64,000 nucleotides of DNA, from assembly GCA_043228905.1 (NCBI GenBank), contig JBHGNT010000013.1, positions 10,726,001-10,790,000 on the forward strand. The letters run 5' to 3'. Under the pieces are notes generated by a model. The model did no database searches, was not told the origin of the DNA, and saw only the letters and a program-made list of their open reading frames with translations. The position numbers and the translations under genes were made by a program. Below, piece by piece: positions 1 to 13,470 of the stretch. Numbering within the stretch: position 1 is the first letter of the stretch; the number at the start of each line of letters is the position of its first letter. The stretch comes from Azolla caroliniana (lineage: Eukaryota > Plantae > Polypodiophyta).

Positions 1-250
1 CATATGATTGTTTACAGAAAGATAAGGGTTCCTATTTGAACATTCTGGAAGCAAAACTGCACATTGCAGAATGTTCAAATTTCAGTTAAATTTGTTGTGT
101 ATATAGGCAGTAATGAACTATGACAAAGCATTACAAAAATCAACGATCTCTTGGAGCCTTTCATACATTAACCTGAGAACATATGATTGTTTACAGAAAG
201 ATAAGGGTTCCTATTTGAACATCCTGCAAGCAAAACTGCGTATTGCAGAA
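1..250. repeat. Imperfect direct repeat, 179-bp period
   Basis: catatgattgtttacagaaagataagggttcctatttgaaca...ttgcagaa occurs at 1-70 and 180-250. Confidence 0.85.
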
Positions 251-999
251 AAAGAAGACACCGCAAATCAGCATAAACCAACATAGAGTGCTACAAGTAC
301 ATGCCTTCATTTCCGTGTATATTGACATGACAGGTATACATATATACCAGATGTTTTGTCAGGATGAGTAGAAGATATCTATTCATAGAATGGTTAAGAA
401 TCTGTGAGTACTAAAAACCATGTACCCAATGGTGTTACATTTGCTATATAAAAGATTTCCTATGATAAAACTAGTAAGGAAGAATTCCTGCTGGCATATC
501 ACAGAAATGGTAATTTGTCTGCCTACATCTCTGATTTTATCCATGATCCGAATTCCCTTTAAGTCATTTATAGAAATACAATTCAGTTTCAAAGAATCTC
601 AAATGGCTTTGTAACTGAGTGTTAACACCTGCAGGAAAATGATAATATAACAATCTTAGAACAATACCCAGAATATCATCATAAGAAACATACAGCAATG
701 TGCAGTTTGTATGAGAGCATTCACTTTGTAGTTTTGTACACATCTAAAACAAGGCAGAATATTACAAATGAAACCACATTTGATTATGCAATGCGCTAAG
801 AGCGTAAACCATACATTCACCTAGAAATATAGAAAATTGTTTGTACCAGCAAATACCTGTCTTGGATACCAGCAAATAAGATATTGTTAGTTTCTCTTCA
901 CTCCCCACATCCTAGAGTATTGTGAAATTTTGATTAGTGAACGAGATGTAACTATCACCAAATTAAACTTCATGAAACCATGCTCATGTTTACCGCACA

Positions 1000-3900
1000 T
1001 CATAACCAGTTTGGTCCTGTGATATTTGCTTCATTCTCCTTAGAGGATGGTTGCTCATCAGCTTTTGCTAATGAGCGGTATTGCAGCTTTACACTCTCCC
1101 CATTATCCAGTGTTCTCACAACATACCTTCAGTATAGGTGAAAAGGAAAATGCCCTTAGTTACTAACTTTCACACGATCTACATTATACGCATGAAGAAA
1201 AGGTTCCTCGTAAGCATATCTTACCATCCATTCAAACATTGTGTTGTTATCACAGCAGTGCATCCAACAAACCTTTCAGGGGTTCTTTTGTTTCCCTAGA
1301 TTAAAAAATATCCTAATCAATCATTACTCGATTGCAAACTTACCACATATATTATGATTCCAAAAATCTATAAAATGGAAATACCTTTATTAAGACATTG
1401 TCATTAACCTTGTATGGAAATTGGACTCCTTTAAGCCGAGAAAACTCCACCATGGTAAGGTCACCGGAATTCTGTCTCTCCTGAACTTAACAAGCATTAA
1501 TTAACAGAAGCTTCGAATCCATGAATGGCACATGATACTTATTAACTGCATAGAAATATATTTGAATAGAATACAGTACGTGATCATGTTTCCCTCTCTT
1601 CCTCTTTGTTGCCTTAGATGTGTTCACTTTCCATCGTTCTTCCTCCAGTTTGTACGCTTGTACAACAGATTGTAAAACTGCAAATTCAGAATTTCTCTTT
1701 CTTTTCTCTCCATCTGGGCTATACCCCAGTATTCAGCCATCATTTTATCAATCCAAACACTGGAATTTACATCTCACTAATTTACAACATGGCCGTGCAG
1801 AATGTAGGTACTGCATGCATGACCTTCAGATAAACAGATAATCACGGGTCACATAAGAATGTCTATGTACTGTATAAAAAACTATCACATTTATTGAGAG
1901 AAGAAATGCACCCTAAATGCTAACAAAACATCATATCCTTTCTTGACTGCCTCCAAATAAAAAAATAATTAGGAGGCACATTAAAATGTTGATGTGTCGT
2001 CCAAAAAGTTATCAGCTTTCTTTGAGACAGAACGAATGCATCCCAATCATAAAACTAGAGGGCCATCCTAATTTGGGGCAAGACTTAGAGAGACATTCAG
2101 TGTTGATCCACAAAGATAGCTACATTCTAGATCCTTGGACAAGAGATTACTCCAAATCCCTTGATGAGAACCATTACCTGGGCGTGGTTCTAGAGAGATC
2201 TATCTAAGGTTCAAATACATTGTTGGTAGGATGTTAAACATTGTGTCTTCAGAGGAGATTTCTATACTAAACATAGAGCAGAATTGCTAGAACATTTGGA
2301 GCAGGCTGCAATGCCCTTGAGTACCCCAAGACCCATTACATCTCCCTCAACATGGAATTCACATGCATGATGTATCTTCCAGGAGTAGATATATTACTAA
2401 CTGGAATCCAATAGATTCATGACTGGCATGAGCTAAGATATATTACTAACTGGCAGATTACAAATCACGACAATGTCATGGCCGTGCATTGATGAACCCA
2501 GGACCCCTTCCCTGCCTAATGAGTAGATAATACAACAGCGTAAAACTCACAAATAGAAACCCAACATAAGCAGAAAAATACATTAATATTAAGGGTGGAA
2601 TCTTTAAGTTAAGTTCTAAAGGTTGAACTAGCTCAGATTCATGATGTGATCACCTAATAAGTGATTCATGAATAAGTTCAGATTAACAATATAAACTGAT
2701 ACCATGATTTGGAGCCATATCTTCACGCTTAGCTGCTGCCCCACATGATATACAAGCATTCTGTCCAGACCACAAAACCAAGGGTTAAAATCTAACCAAA
2801 CGATAAATCCTCAAAATTTGGAGGCGTGCTGAAAAGAATGCACGTGAAAAACATACTCAATAAAAAAAATTCAGCATTGGAAGTGTGTATGCATAACCAA
2901 AAAAACGTTTCAGCTAAGAATGTTAACTTAATGGTTTGTATGAATCCTAAGTTCAACGCTCAAAACCTTGGAGTGAAGTGAACTGTTAACTGTGCATACA
3001 ATAACATACTTCATGAATTTCAGAGTACAGTACATGTCTGTGTGTGAGTATAACCAAAATATTTAAGTTGAAGATGCCCAAGAATAGAGAAAAGAAAGGA
3101 AAATTTGACGTAGTATAATTATAATTAGAGAATACAATAAGAGATAAATGTGGAATCTTTGGTGCACCCAAAACCTCGGGAGGATCCAGCTTAAGAATGT
3201 ATATGCAAGTACTCAATGCACATAAAAAGCAGGATTGCGGTTGGTAAATGTGGCCGCACACATGCGCATGATAATTTCAAGTAAAGGAGACACACACAAC
3301 TACAACAAACATTTCATGAATTAGCTAGATTAAACGATCTTTAAAAAAAAAGTATTCACAAACAACATATTAATTAGTCCAAATTGAGTTTATCTATGTA
3401 TGCTTTCTCATGATGCAACATATCTCCTGATTTGAGAATTTTTTAGGAATGATATTCATGCAGAATTTTTTACTTACATTCTCAATTACACGTTGGAGAC
3501 TCTCACTCCCAAATGAGTGGCCACATAAAAGTATTGTTGCATCATCCATCAAAGCACCACTGTTCCAAACCACTATCAAGTTATGTATGCAGGCCAACAA
3601 ATTTTGACCAAAATATGATAACTGCCATGCTTTGAAAGTAATTATCCACAAGAAAAAAGTATGTGCTTATATCAAAACAGGCTAAATTCATTCACCATTG
3701 TCAATCATGCAACTATTCAATCAATTATAAAAAGAACATGAATGATTAAAAGCATCTATTCAACCATAAATTTCACAAATGTAATTTTAAGAGGAATAAT
3801 TGTAAACAAATACATGTGAAATAGGAACGTTATCTATCGCTGAATGACCATCCGTGAAGGTGAAAGACTAGCAACTTCATAACACAAAGCAAGGTCAAAA

Positions 3901-5802
3901 CTCAAAAAACTGAGTCATTGGTCTCCAACAGACGATGCAGCCTCATTACAAAATGATAAACTGAATTTATATTGAGTTTATAGGGGAGCTAAAAGGAGAA
4001 GTAAATTGCATGATGATTTGGTTACTACAAAAACTGTTCTTTATAAGATTGAGAAATTAACAAAAGTTTCAGAACCCAAATACAAGGCTATATGCATGAA
4101 TGATAATAGCAAGTTCTCCCTCCTACAAAGTAGGCACGTAGTCTGCAATAAGGAAGATGGCTCTGTATCATACATCAACTCAATCCAACAATTGCTGGCA
4201 GATTTCAGGACCTAGAAAACTGAGAATAACACTAATGGCGTATTAACAAAATATGAGCAGAACAAGTCCACTTTCTTCCCAACCAATGGAGTCAGAATTC
4301 AGTCGTTGATAATGTTATGTAAAGATCAAAAGCTGAATAGACTAAGCAAACATAGTTGCAGGAAGAGATTGGAATCAACTTTAGCTGTGAAAAATACAGA
4401 AACATTTAACAAATTTGCGATAGTAAGGACAAAAACGTATCAAAGTACAACCAATACACTGCACAATATAATTATTGACATAGGATAGGGGATGAATTGA
4501 GAAAATCAGTAGCGAACAAGAAACAAAAATGACCAAATGAAATGTTCTCGTTATCATGAGGATGGTAGGCTTGACACTCGTTATTTATGAAATGCATGCC
4601 AGTCCTTGCAGAATGATTCATCTACACAAAAACAACCTAAAACATGACCAGACCCAACTTGGAGGACAGCATCCAAATTTTGGTTTGAGCTTCAACACAA
4701 CATTGATTTGAACTTACGTGAGTGGATCAGTCAAAGCAGAGCGTAGCGGGAACTTCAAAGTTTGGTGATTTTTCCTTTGGCTGAAGGCCACAATCTGGTT
4801 TTCTGCATCCTTTAGAGTCACCAATGCACTATAATGTTCTGTCGATGCTGTTCCAACCAGTTCAGCTTCAGGCACAGGTGAGTCATGAGAGATTCCTTGT
4901 GGTTCTTGATTGTAATTTTGGGTATCTTTCACAAATGTTTGCCTTGCACTTATCTCTTTCCCAATACTGTCCCTGTAATATCCAGGTGAAGTACCAAGAT
5001 CACTAGCAACGAGAGATTCCTTTTGCGGTGTCGAACCAGAACCTCCATGACCCAGCATTGGCCCAATAGACGGCGGTGATGAAAATGAATTCAGGAAAGG
5101 GATGGTTGATGTTTGGGATAGAAACATCCCCAGTGATGGTGTTGATGATGCAGAAGCTTGTGATGATGATTCCCTATTGAAATTACTCTTTTGAAATCCT
5201 TCAGAACTTTGCATTCCAGCCATGACCTCATGCCTATTGCCATCTATTCCATCCATTTGAATGCTTGGAAGCGTTTCATAACCTCTTCGATGGGGCATAC
5301 CCCTATCAACCATACTAATCACTCCTTGATGAGACTCGATATCTTCGCCCTCTCCTTCAATATCACCATCCTCTTCCTCTTCCTCTTCTGAACCATCACT
5401 TTGTGAACGGCCACTACTTCCACCATCTCTTTCTTCCATGCCTCTATAATCAACTTCCTGTCCCATCTCTCTGGTTTGTGTAGTTCCTGGCCAATCCAAC
5501 ATTCTCGGGGACGTGTTTACAACACCTGAAACATGAGAGCCTCCATCCAGAAATGTTTGACCTTCATCAACAGAACATTCATTACGGTCGACTAAAACCG
5601 CATTGTTACTGCTAGGTAAGAAGCATTCTCTATCTGCAATTCCGTATGAATGTGCATCAACAATACCTACTGTTGTGTTGGGTCTAAAGTTCCGGATTGG
5701 ATGATCACCGCAGGGAGGACCTCCTGATGAAGCACTGCGGTACACTCGAGTGAAGTGTTCCTGGTGCATCAACCTATTCACAGCATTATACGTAACGTCC
5801 AT
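1000..5802 (-). CDS. PUB62: U-box domain-containing protein 62-like E3 ubiquitin ligase. 7 coding exons: 5802-4718, 3559-3478, 2760-2703, 1677-1580, 1480-1385, 1295-1225, 1126-1000 (538 aa)
   Basis: All introns are GT-AG. Exons sum to 1617 nt, in frame, ending in TGA. U-box LTDPLTGALMDDATILLCGHSFG...CISCG...MAPNH. C-terminal KGVQFPY...GNKRTPERFVG...TTQCLNGWYVVRTLDNGESVKLQYRSLAK matches the plant PUB62 C-terminus as I recall it. Confidence 0.88.
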
Positions 5803-6558
5803 CCTTTATCATGAATTTGCATTCAGCATCTGCTATCCCTCTTTGTTCTGTGTAAAGAAGAAGAAGCAGTTGAATACATCATCAATAATGGACTGGCCTG
5901 TACTAAAAAATCTCATCTTAAAATTAATTAAGCATTGCCTTTTTTCATAGAGGTGTTGAGTAATTATACAGCACTAAGTTGTAACTCTCCCTCATTCTCT
6001 CAGAACTCACTGTTGCACTAGTTGTTCACTAGATGCTACTGCAGAATTTAGGGATTGAATGCACGACTTTCTGGTCCCCACTGGGTATCAACCGAACTAC
6101 AACCATCTAATCTAAAGTCTGCTATTTCTCTCTCTTACTGTCATCTAGCTTGTTTACACCATCACATCAAAGACATAAATCTAAGAGGAGGTAGTTCGAT
6201 CCTCTCAATGGGCCGATCATATTTGGTCTCACATGGATGTTAACAATCTGCCTTTCTCTTCCGTAATGAGCAGTTAGGAAAAGAATAAATTTTCTGTGTT
6301 TTGAGAGAACGACTTGTTTGTCTTCCTTAGACATTCATTGAGCTCATAAAGAAGACACTAAATGTACAAGATCTCTGTCTTCAAAGCTTCTCAAAACAGA
6401 CCTATTTTGATTAAAGCGACCAAGAAAACTCGACGTACAAGATGTCTTGTCTTCTGAAGCTTTACAAAGGAAGGGGAAAAAAAAACAAAATCAAACAGAA
6501 ACCTTTTCTGCTGCGCATAGAAGAAAATAAGTCGAAGAATAAAAGGACTTAGGCTTAC

Positions 6559-7089
6559 CTGTGCACAGGGAGCCCCACCATATCTGGGATGAGGCGGCTA
6601 CAAAAAATGAAGAATTTGAAAGATGTGGTGAAGGAGCTGAGATTTGCGTTCGCCTCCTGCAACAACTAGTGGTCTGTAGATCGATAACGGAGAGGGAGAA
6701 AACGGGAGAGGAAGTGGGCGGGGGGGAAGGGGAAGGGGGCACGTGAAACGGACGGGAAGCAAAACGAGAAAAAAGAAAGAAGAAGGGACAGAGACAGAGA
6801 GAGGTTTGGAAGAAGGGCGGAGAGAAAACGGGAAGGGAAAGAAGGAAAAGAGGAGGAGGGGAAGGAGGTCGATCTCAGATCTCGATCGATCGATCGATCG
6901 ATTGTCGTTCTGCTCCTTCGTCTTCGTCTGCAGAACAGAAACAGGGGAGACAGAGACAGAGACAGAGACAGAGACTGTGTGTGTGTGTGTGTGTGTGTGT
7001 TAGGGCCTACATACATACATACATACTTTCTTCCTTCTTTGTTGGCCTTCTTTTCTTTTGCTCTGTTTTTGTTGATTCCCAGTGTGTGG

Positions 7090-7137
<48 letters not shown>

Positions 7138-7180
7138 TGCGTTCTTTTTGTTGGGTGTGTGTGTGTGTGTGTGTGTGTGT
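6559..7180 (-). promoter_or_regulatory. Probable 5'UTR exon 1 and proximal promoter of the PUB62-like gene, with (GATC)n, (GAGACA)n, (GT)n, (CATA)n and (GA)n microsatellites
   Basis: Donor AG|GTAAG at 6559/6558 and acceptor ACAG at 5848-5851 define a 5'UTR intron. The leader is pyrimidine-rich on the minus strand. SSRs are directly visible at 6878-7180. TSS not determined. Confidence 0.55.
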
Positions 7181-7809
7181 ACACGAAAGAGTGTGTTTTT
7201 GTTTGTTATCTTGTTGGGGAGGAGTTCCAACAATAAACTCTCCCAACACATGTTTCGGGTGTTTCGCGCTCGAACCTTGTGTCCCGAATAAAATCCCCAC
7301 GCCCTCGAACTTGGCAACAATTCGGCTCAAGCTTGAATCAAGCAGTTTAACTGTCGTCAAATACGGTTTGGTAGTTTGGTGGTTTGGCGGCTCAACTCGG
7401 CTTAGTTTAACCTTCAACTTTATTAACCGTTCTGAGCTTGGTTCGGTTCGGCTTGAGCCTCAAGTCATTTACGATTTTGTCACTTTTCAAGCATTTCCTT
7501 GAATGATACACATACACACTTACATGCATGTCTCCCATTATTGAAGTGTTCTAATTTATTGTGTTTTGTAATTATCTATGGTTGTTACCTATCGAGATAT
7601 GTAGCCATGCAGGTTTATGCATGTGAAGCCTTGTTGAGAAGCAAGCTCAACATGGGCCAAATCGGATGAAGAATGATAAGCCAAAGCCGGATCGGAGAGC
7701 TGGATCCGCAAGGAGTCGACAGGTTGTTAGAGGCCTACACCCCTAGTTTAGTAGGTTGTTATAGCGTTAGGGGCCTACATTCCTATGCTAGTAAATAGGA
7801 ATATTATGG

Positions 7810-8260
7810 GCTTCAGCCAAATGGCTTTGCAGGCCGCAATGGCCACAGCTCTGTACTCCACTTCAGTGTTGGACAATGCAACCATTGGTTGTTTCTTACT
7901 ACTCCAAGAGATTGCTCCGCTTTCAAGTGAGAAGACGAAGCTGGATGTTGATCATTGATCGGATACATTGCTGACCCAATCGGCATCTGTGTATCCTTCT
8001 AGCCGAATTGTCACACCTGTCTTATAGAAGAGTCCTCGATCCATGGTTCCACTAATGTATTGTACGACTCACTTAGCACAATGCAAATGTGTGCCACACG
8101 TTCTTTGCATAAACTGGCTAAGGAGGCCAACCGGATAGCTCAGATCGAGTTGACTAATAGTTAGATAGATGAGACTCCCTATGATTTGCCGATACTGAGT
8201 CGGCTCACATGGTGTGCCGGAGTCCGCATGCAATTTTAGGTTGCGATCGAGGGGAGTCGA
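7810..8260 (-). pseudogene. Degenerate Ty1/Copia RT-RNaseH fragment
   Basis: Minus strand translates to GYTDADW...STSSFVFSL...AISWSSKKQPMVALSNTEVEY, with frameshifts. Confidence 0.8.
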
Positions 8261-8659
8261 TGTTAATCCTAGGCCGAACTAGCCACAAAGACAGGGTGTT
8301 CCCTTCCGAAACACGTATCCAAAGGGGTGGTCAGAGATATGGATGATGATTCGACACTTCACTATCCAGTTACTTTCCGGAATGCCTTCTAGAATCACAC
8401 AATTATCTGGATCTTAATTACACGCGTAAGATTATGAATGATAGCACATATGACAAGGACACAAGATGGACAATAAGATTAACAACAACAATGCTTAACA
8501 TTTGTATTACTTATATAAAATATACATCAATTTGGATCCTTTTATAGGCATCTAGTAAGAGTTATAAAACGGTGCCTACCGGCTACCAGCTACTAATAGG
8601 TGTGGATCCAAATCGGTACAACTATTTGGATCTGTCATTTCATTACTATATTAATAATA
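8261..8659 (-). mobile_element. Probable 3' LTR of old element O
   Basis: Starts TGTTAAT exactly where the Copia relic is cut and ends ...TAATAATA. It is followed by ttcctccggcc, which is PPT-like on the minus strand. Partner LTR and TSD not found. Confidence 0.4.
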
Positions 8660-9511
8660 TTCCTCCGGCCTTAACTCTTCCCAGTCCACACTTCCACCTC
8701 CAGATCATACTCTCATAGGTTGTTAAGCGTTGGGATAACAACACAACCAGTCACGAATAAGAACACATCAACAAGGACGTAGTACGAAGAGGAAACGACA
8801 AGAGGAAAGGAAAGCAAAGAGACGGCCAAATGTGAAAGGCCCATACCCTAAACGTGAAAGCTATATAAACCACTTAGTAGTGGCTTTGTGGGGGTTCTCC
8901 CATTTGTAAAGATCTCCTATTGATTAGAGCTAGAGCTTCCTCTCCTCTTTATTGTAAACCTTTGACCTTAAGAGATATTAGTGAAGTGTTGAGTTAGAGA
9001 ACACTAATCTCTCTCCTTGTTGGTGCTAGACCTCTTAGCAAAGAGGGTTAATAATAGACATACTCTTGCTTCTTATTGTCTATACTATTGATCTATTGTT
9101 TATGAGAGAGAGCTTGAGAGAGTGAGAGAGATATCGTGCTTAATCATTTACTAATCGTTGAGTGAGTGTGAGGCTCGGAGGTATCCGACAACCATCTCCG
9201 CCCAATTCGCCATCAAGAGGGTATACGCCGGTCCGAATCCCGCACGACATCGAGGAGCCTACTCCATCAATACATAGATCCTTAACATCTATTTGGCGTA
9301 CCTGCCCTTGGTCCAAGCCACGCCGTTTACACTCCCCCCGTGGCGGCCATAGTCGTTGCCCTGTCGTCGCCGCTCCTCCTCGTGGCGTTGCCCGTTCACG
9401 CTGCCCCACCGTCCCAACATTTTTTCGTTCCCCCCAAGGTGGCCGCGACAGCTGCCTCGTCGTTTCACCCTCCCCATGTCGTTGGCCGTTTACATACCAC
9501 TTCGCCTCGTT

Positions 9512-9890
9512 GTTCAAGGGGTCCAACCCCTCAAATCACACAATGTTCGAGGGGCCCAACCCCTCGAATCACCCAATGTTCGAGGGGCCCAACCCCTCGA
9601 ACTACCCGTTGTTCGAGGAGTCGAACCCCTCGAACCACACCCAGCACAGTGTTCAAGGGGCCCAACCCCTCGAACTACACAATGTTCGAGGGGCCCAACC
9701 CCTCGAACTACCCATTGTTCGAGGAGTCCAACCCCTCGAACCACACCCAACACAGTGTTCGAGGGGCCCAACCCCTCGAACTACCCATTGTTCGAGGAGC
9801 CCACACCCAGCCCAACTCCTCGAACCACGTGTTGTTCGAGGAGCCCAACTCCTCGAACCACGCATCGTTCGAGGAGTCCAACTCCTAGAC
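9512..9890 (+). repeat. Tandem array of 11 hairpin units GTTCGAGGGG-CCCAA-CCCCTCGAAC with 8- or 15-nt linkers
   Basis: Units start at 9512, 9545, 9578, 9611, 9651, 9684, 9717, 9757, 9790, 9834 and 9867. Confidence 0.92.
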
Positions 9891-12800
9891 CACGCAACCC
9901 TTAGTTGTTACGTTACTACGAAGTTAGGACCTTAGGTAAAAATAAAAATAAATAAAAATAAAGGGGGGGGGGGGGGAATCTATTGAAACTACCCGAATTC
10001 CCTGCTTCGTCACCACATTTAACTGGGTTACTCCGTAGTTAGGACTCCATGTCCCGCTCCCAAGAAAAAAAAACAAAAACAAAGCGGGGGAATCTATTGA
10101 AACTACCTGTACTTGCTGATTTGTGACCACATTTACCTATACTAATATTTTTCCTTGCAGTTTGCCAACGATGATGCTTCCCCAATTCATCAAACTCCTC
10201 CACGCATACTACCCCGACGCAGGGTGCGGTTCCTTAGTCATTCCAGCAGTGTTCAACAATACCTGATGTACTTACCGGGTCCCCACGCCCGCCACACAGC
10301 TCAAGTACCTCGAACCTGACGTGTTCGCCAGTCTCTCACGACTTGGCCTCAAGTTCTTCCTTGGGATCGGGTTGTGGGGCGTCCTACCGGAACTGGTCAA
10401 CCGTTTCCTCATCGGGTACAACCCCGATACGGGCCACGTCGATATGCAGCCTTTCGCAGACTCCCCCCCCCCCCCCCGTCGCATTCCAGTTCACCGCGGC
10501 CGACATTTGTGCTATGCTACATTTACCCCTCGAGGGCGCCCCCTTCCGCACCACGAGGACCCCGGGGGTTGTCCCCGGCATCATTCCTGTCGCCTACGCC
10601 GAATACTCTGGACGCGAAGGGTGGCGTTACACCAAAATCCCTCTCCATCTCCACGACTGTTGTAGCGCCACTGCCCAAATCGGTGACACTGCATCTACCA
10701 ATGCCACCACTCGTATCACCAGTGAGTACCTCAAGTGGGCATATGATCCGCATCCGGTCCAGTGGGCTCACGAGCTTGTCCACCGGGTCCGAGAATGGCA
10801 CACACGGCCCAAATCGACTGTCAATTTCGCGTGGTTCCTCACCCACTACTTGTGCGCAAAGTTTAGCATCGGACCCCCCGCCCCTCCCTTCGTACGCTGC
10901 CAAGAACGCTTCCGCAAGATCATTGTCCCAGGCCAACTCGAATGCCTTCGCCTCCCCGAATGCGACTTTTTACGACAGGTACACCAAGGTGAACAGGCAC
11001 GGCCACCGGCGCACAAACAACCCCCGATCACCCACGTGTCAGCCGAAGCTAAGCTCGACACCACTGAGGATATCACGAATCGTGTCAAGGAATTCCAGAC
11101 ACACGAGTTCACCCCCACCGAAATCCAGGCCTTGTCCACCACTTTCCACTATGTGTCACATCAAAACACAACCACGACTCCGCGTTCCCGCAGCTGCACC
11201 ACTGAGTCAATCTTGCGCGACCAACGGAACCCGCCAACTCCGACACCACCCACCTCGCCAACCCCTCTACCCCACAAATCCTCTCCCCCCGCTCCGCCCA
11301 CAACTACCCCACCTTTCCCGTCCACCACCACCGATGACACCCCGCAACCCCGACCCCATAAACTCGCCCGCCACACCGCCCCTGACACCCGACCGGCCCT
11401 CGACCGCAACCCCGACAGTTCCCCTCCAACCCACCCTTGCCCCCGCCCAAATGGCAACCCCGCTACCGCCACCCCCACTCCCGACCTCCGTGCCCTACTC
11501 GACCTCCCTCACTGTAGTTACTACCCACCCTACCCCCTCCCTTGTTGTTCCCCCCAAACCCTTAACCGACATGGTGGCCGACCTCCTCAAGATGACTGCC
11601 GTCGTGAACCGTCGCCTACTTCAAGTTCAGGCACAGGCCCAACAGACCGCCACCGACCAACACGAGACCTCTATACGGAACGCGATCTTGGTCGCTGAGG
11701 TATGGAGCGCCCTCCATACCAACGCATGCCAAGTGGCCGCCCACAACCTCCTCAAGCAAGAACTCCTGACAACGCAAACCTGACACCAACAACTCGCTGA
11801 CGAATTCCAACATGCTCGGACTACCTAGCACCACGACCAAGAACGCGCAACGCAAACACATGCTGAACTTTCGGCCGGGTACGTCCGCCTCACCACCCAA
11901 CACCAATTGACTGAGGCCCGTCTCGCAGCTGTGACGGCTGATCTCTCCGAATGGTCTGAGGCCCTGGCCGCCGCCATGGCCACCACTCACCAACTCACGA
12001 GCGAGATCACCACCCTCAAGGCTGAACGAGACGGCATGGTCCACCAAGTCGAAGTCGCTAATGAACGCAATCGATGTCTCCTCATCAAACACCGCTGCCA
12101 ATGCGCCGACCTCGAAAAGGACATCCTTCAACTCCGCACGTCCAAAGCCGCCCTTGAACACGCCCTCACCCCCGGCGTGACGGACCCCTCCACCGTTCAG
12201 ACCCCTCTCCTTCCCCCAACTGGCTCTCCGAATATGATCCAGGCACTCTCGGTGTACGTGACCTCGACCTCCCTGCTCTTCGAACTTTTCACTGCACCAC
12301 ACACAACACGCACCCTCCTCATCCAAGCAACGTGCGTCCTTCGGTCGTTAGCCGCCACACATTGCGTATTCTTTGACGACACCACACCCCTAGACTGACA
12401 GACCTTCATCCGAGTACTCCCCGAAGACAACCACGCCCTCGCCCTCTTCATGTTGTACCAGGAAGCCACCGAAGAACCTACTCCCCCAGCTGACGACCTC
12501 TTCCCCCAACACCTCCCCATTTTGTTCCTCGAAGGTATGGCCTACCTTCACACCGCCCTCACCCCCGACTTAGGCATCTCTGACCTGATCTATTTCACCT
12601 ACCCTTCTGATGTCAGGATGCAAGTCACCAAAAACTAGCTGGCCCACCTCTTCACAACACTGGTGCGCTTACACCTTATCGCCGACACCCTCACCCGCAC
12701 CTTGTTGGAAAACACAACGACCTCTATACCCCCTTTCGGTTTCCTCTGGCTAATACGCGCTTGGCAAACCGCCTGGAACGTCGGGATTCATACTCACATA

Positions 12801-13470
12801 TTCAGCATCGAATACGCCACGTTCAACTGGCCCACTGACCTCGAGACTGACAACATACCAGAATTAGCCCTATAACTCGACGTTTCCCGCGAGTATCAAC
12901 TCATGACGTTCGATGAAGCTCGTGCTCGTGCCCTCCTACCCCCGCACCCCCCTTCTCCCCCCCCCCAGAGATCGACCTGGAGGGGGACCACAACTCACCT
13001 GATGAACCCGACACCCAGCCACCGCCTCGCCCTCGCCCTCGCCCTCGCCCTCGCCCTCGCCCTCCCTCCTCCCTGCCTCCAAGCGCCCCCCCCTCGTCGT
13101 TGTCCATGGCCCGATTTTCGCGCCACCCAGGCACACCTACCCACCCTTCGATTCAACTGGCCGTTGTTCCCCCGACCCCCGCACACATCCCCGACCGAAC
13201 CCGACATGATCCGGGCCATGCGACGATTCCTACGTACATACCTTGACGTCCTGGACCCCGACATTCAAGGCAGCCTTCGTTTCCTACAACTTCTACTCAT
13301 TCTCCTTGACTCTGGCCCGTACGAAGCCCCCCCCTTCCAACGGCACAACCACCCAGCGTGGGGCCTCGCCTTCAATTTGAACAAAGGTCCCACTCGCCGC
13401 CAACTGGTCGACCTTTGGACCCGCATCCCCGCAACCTACAAATGGGATTTTGAAACCATGATAGACACGT

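Noticed and set aside
6666-7502. Several overlapping ORFs of 70-170 aa
   Set aside because: They are microsatellite translation artefacts (THTH, SLSL, VCVC).
7632-7800. LTR-like start tgttgagaagcaagctcaaca resembling the M LTR at 54172
   Set aside because: The similarity is short, and no end, PBS or TSD could be defined.
9512-9890. CRISPR-like palindromic repeat array
   Set aside because: Linkers are only 8-15 nt and are themselves repeated. There are no cas genes, and the context is a eukaryotic retroelement.
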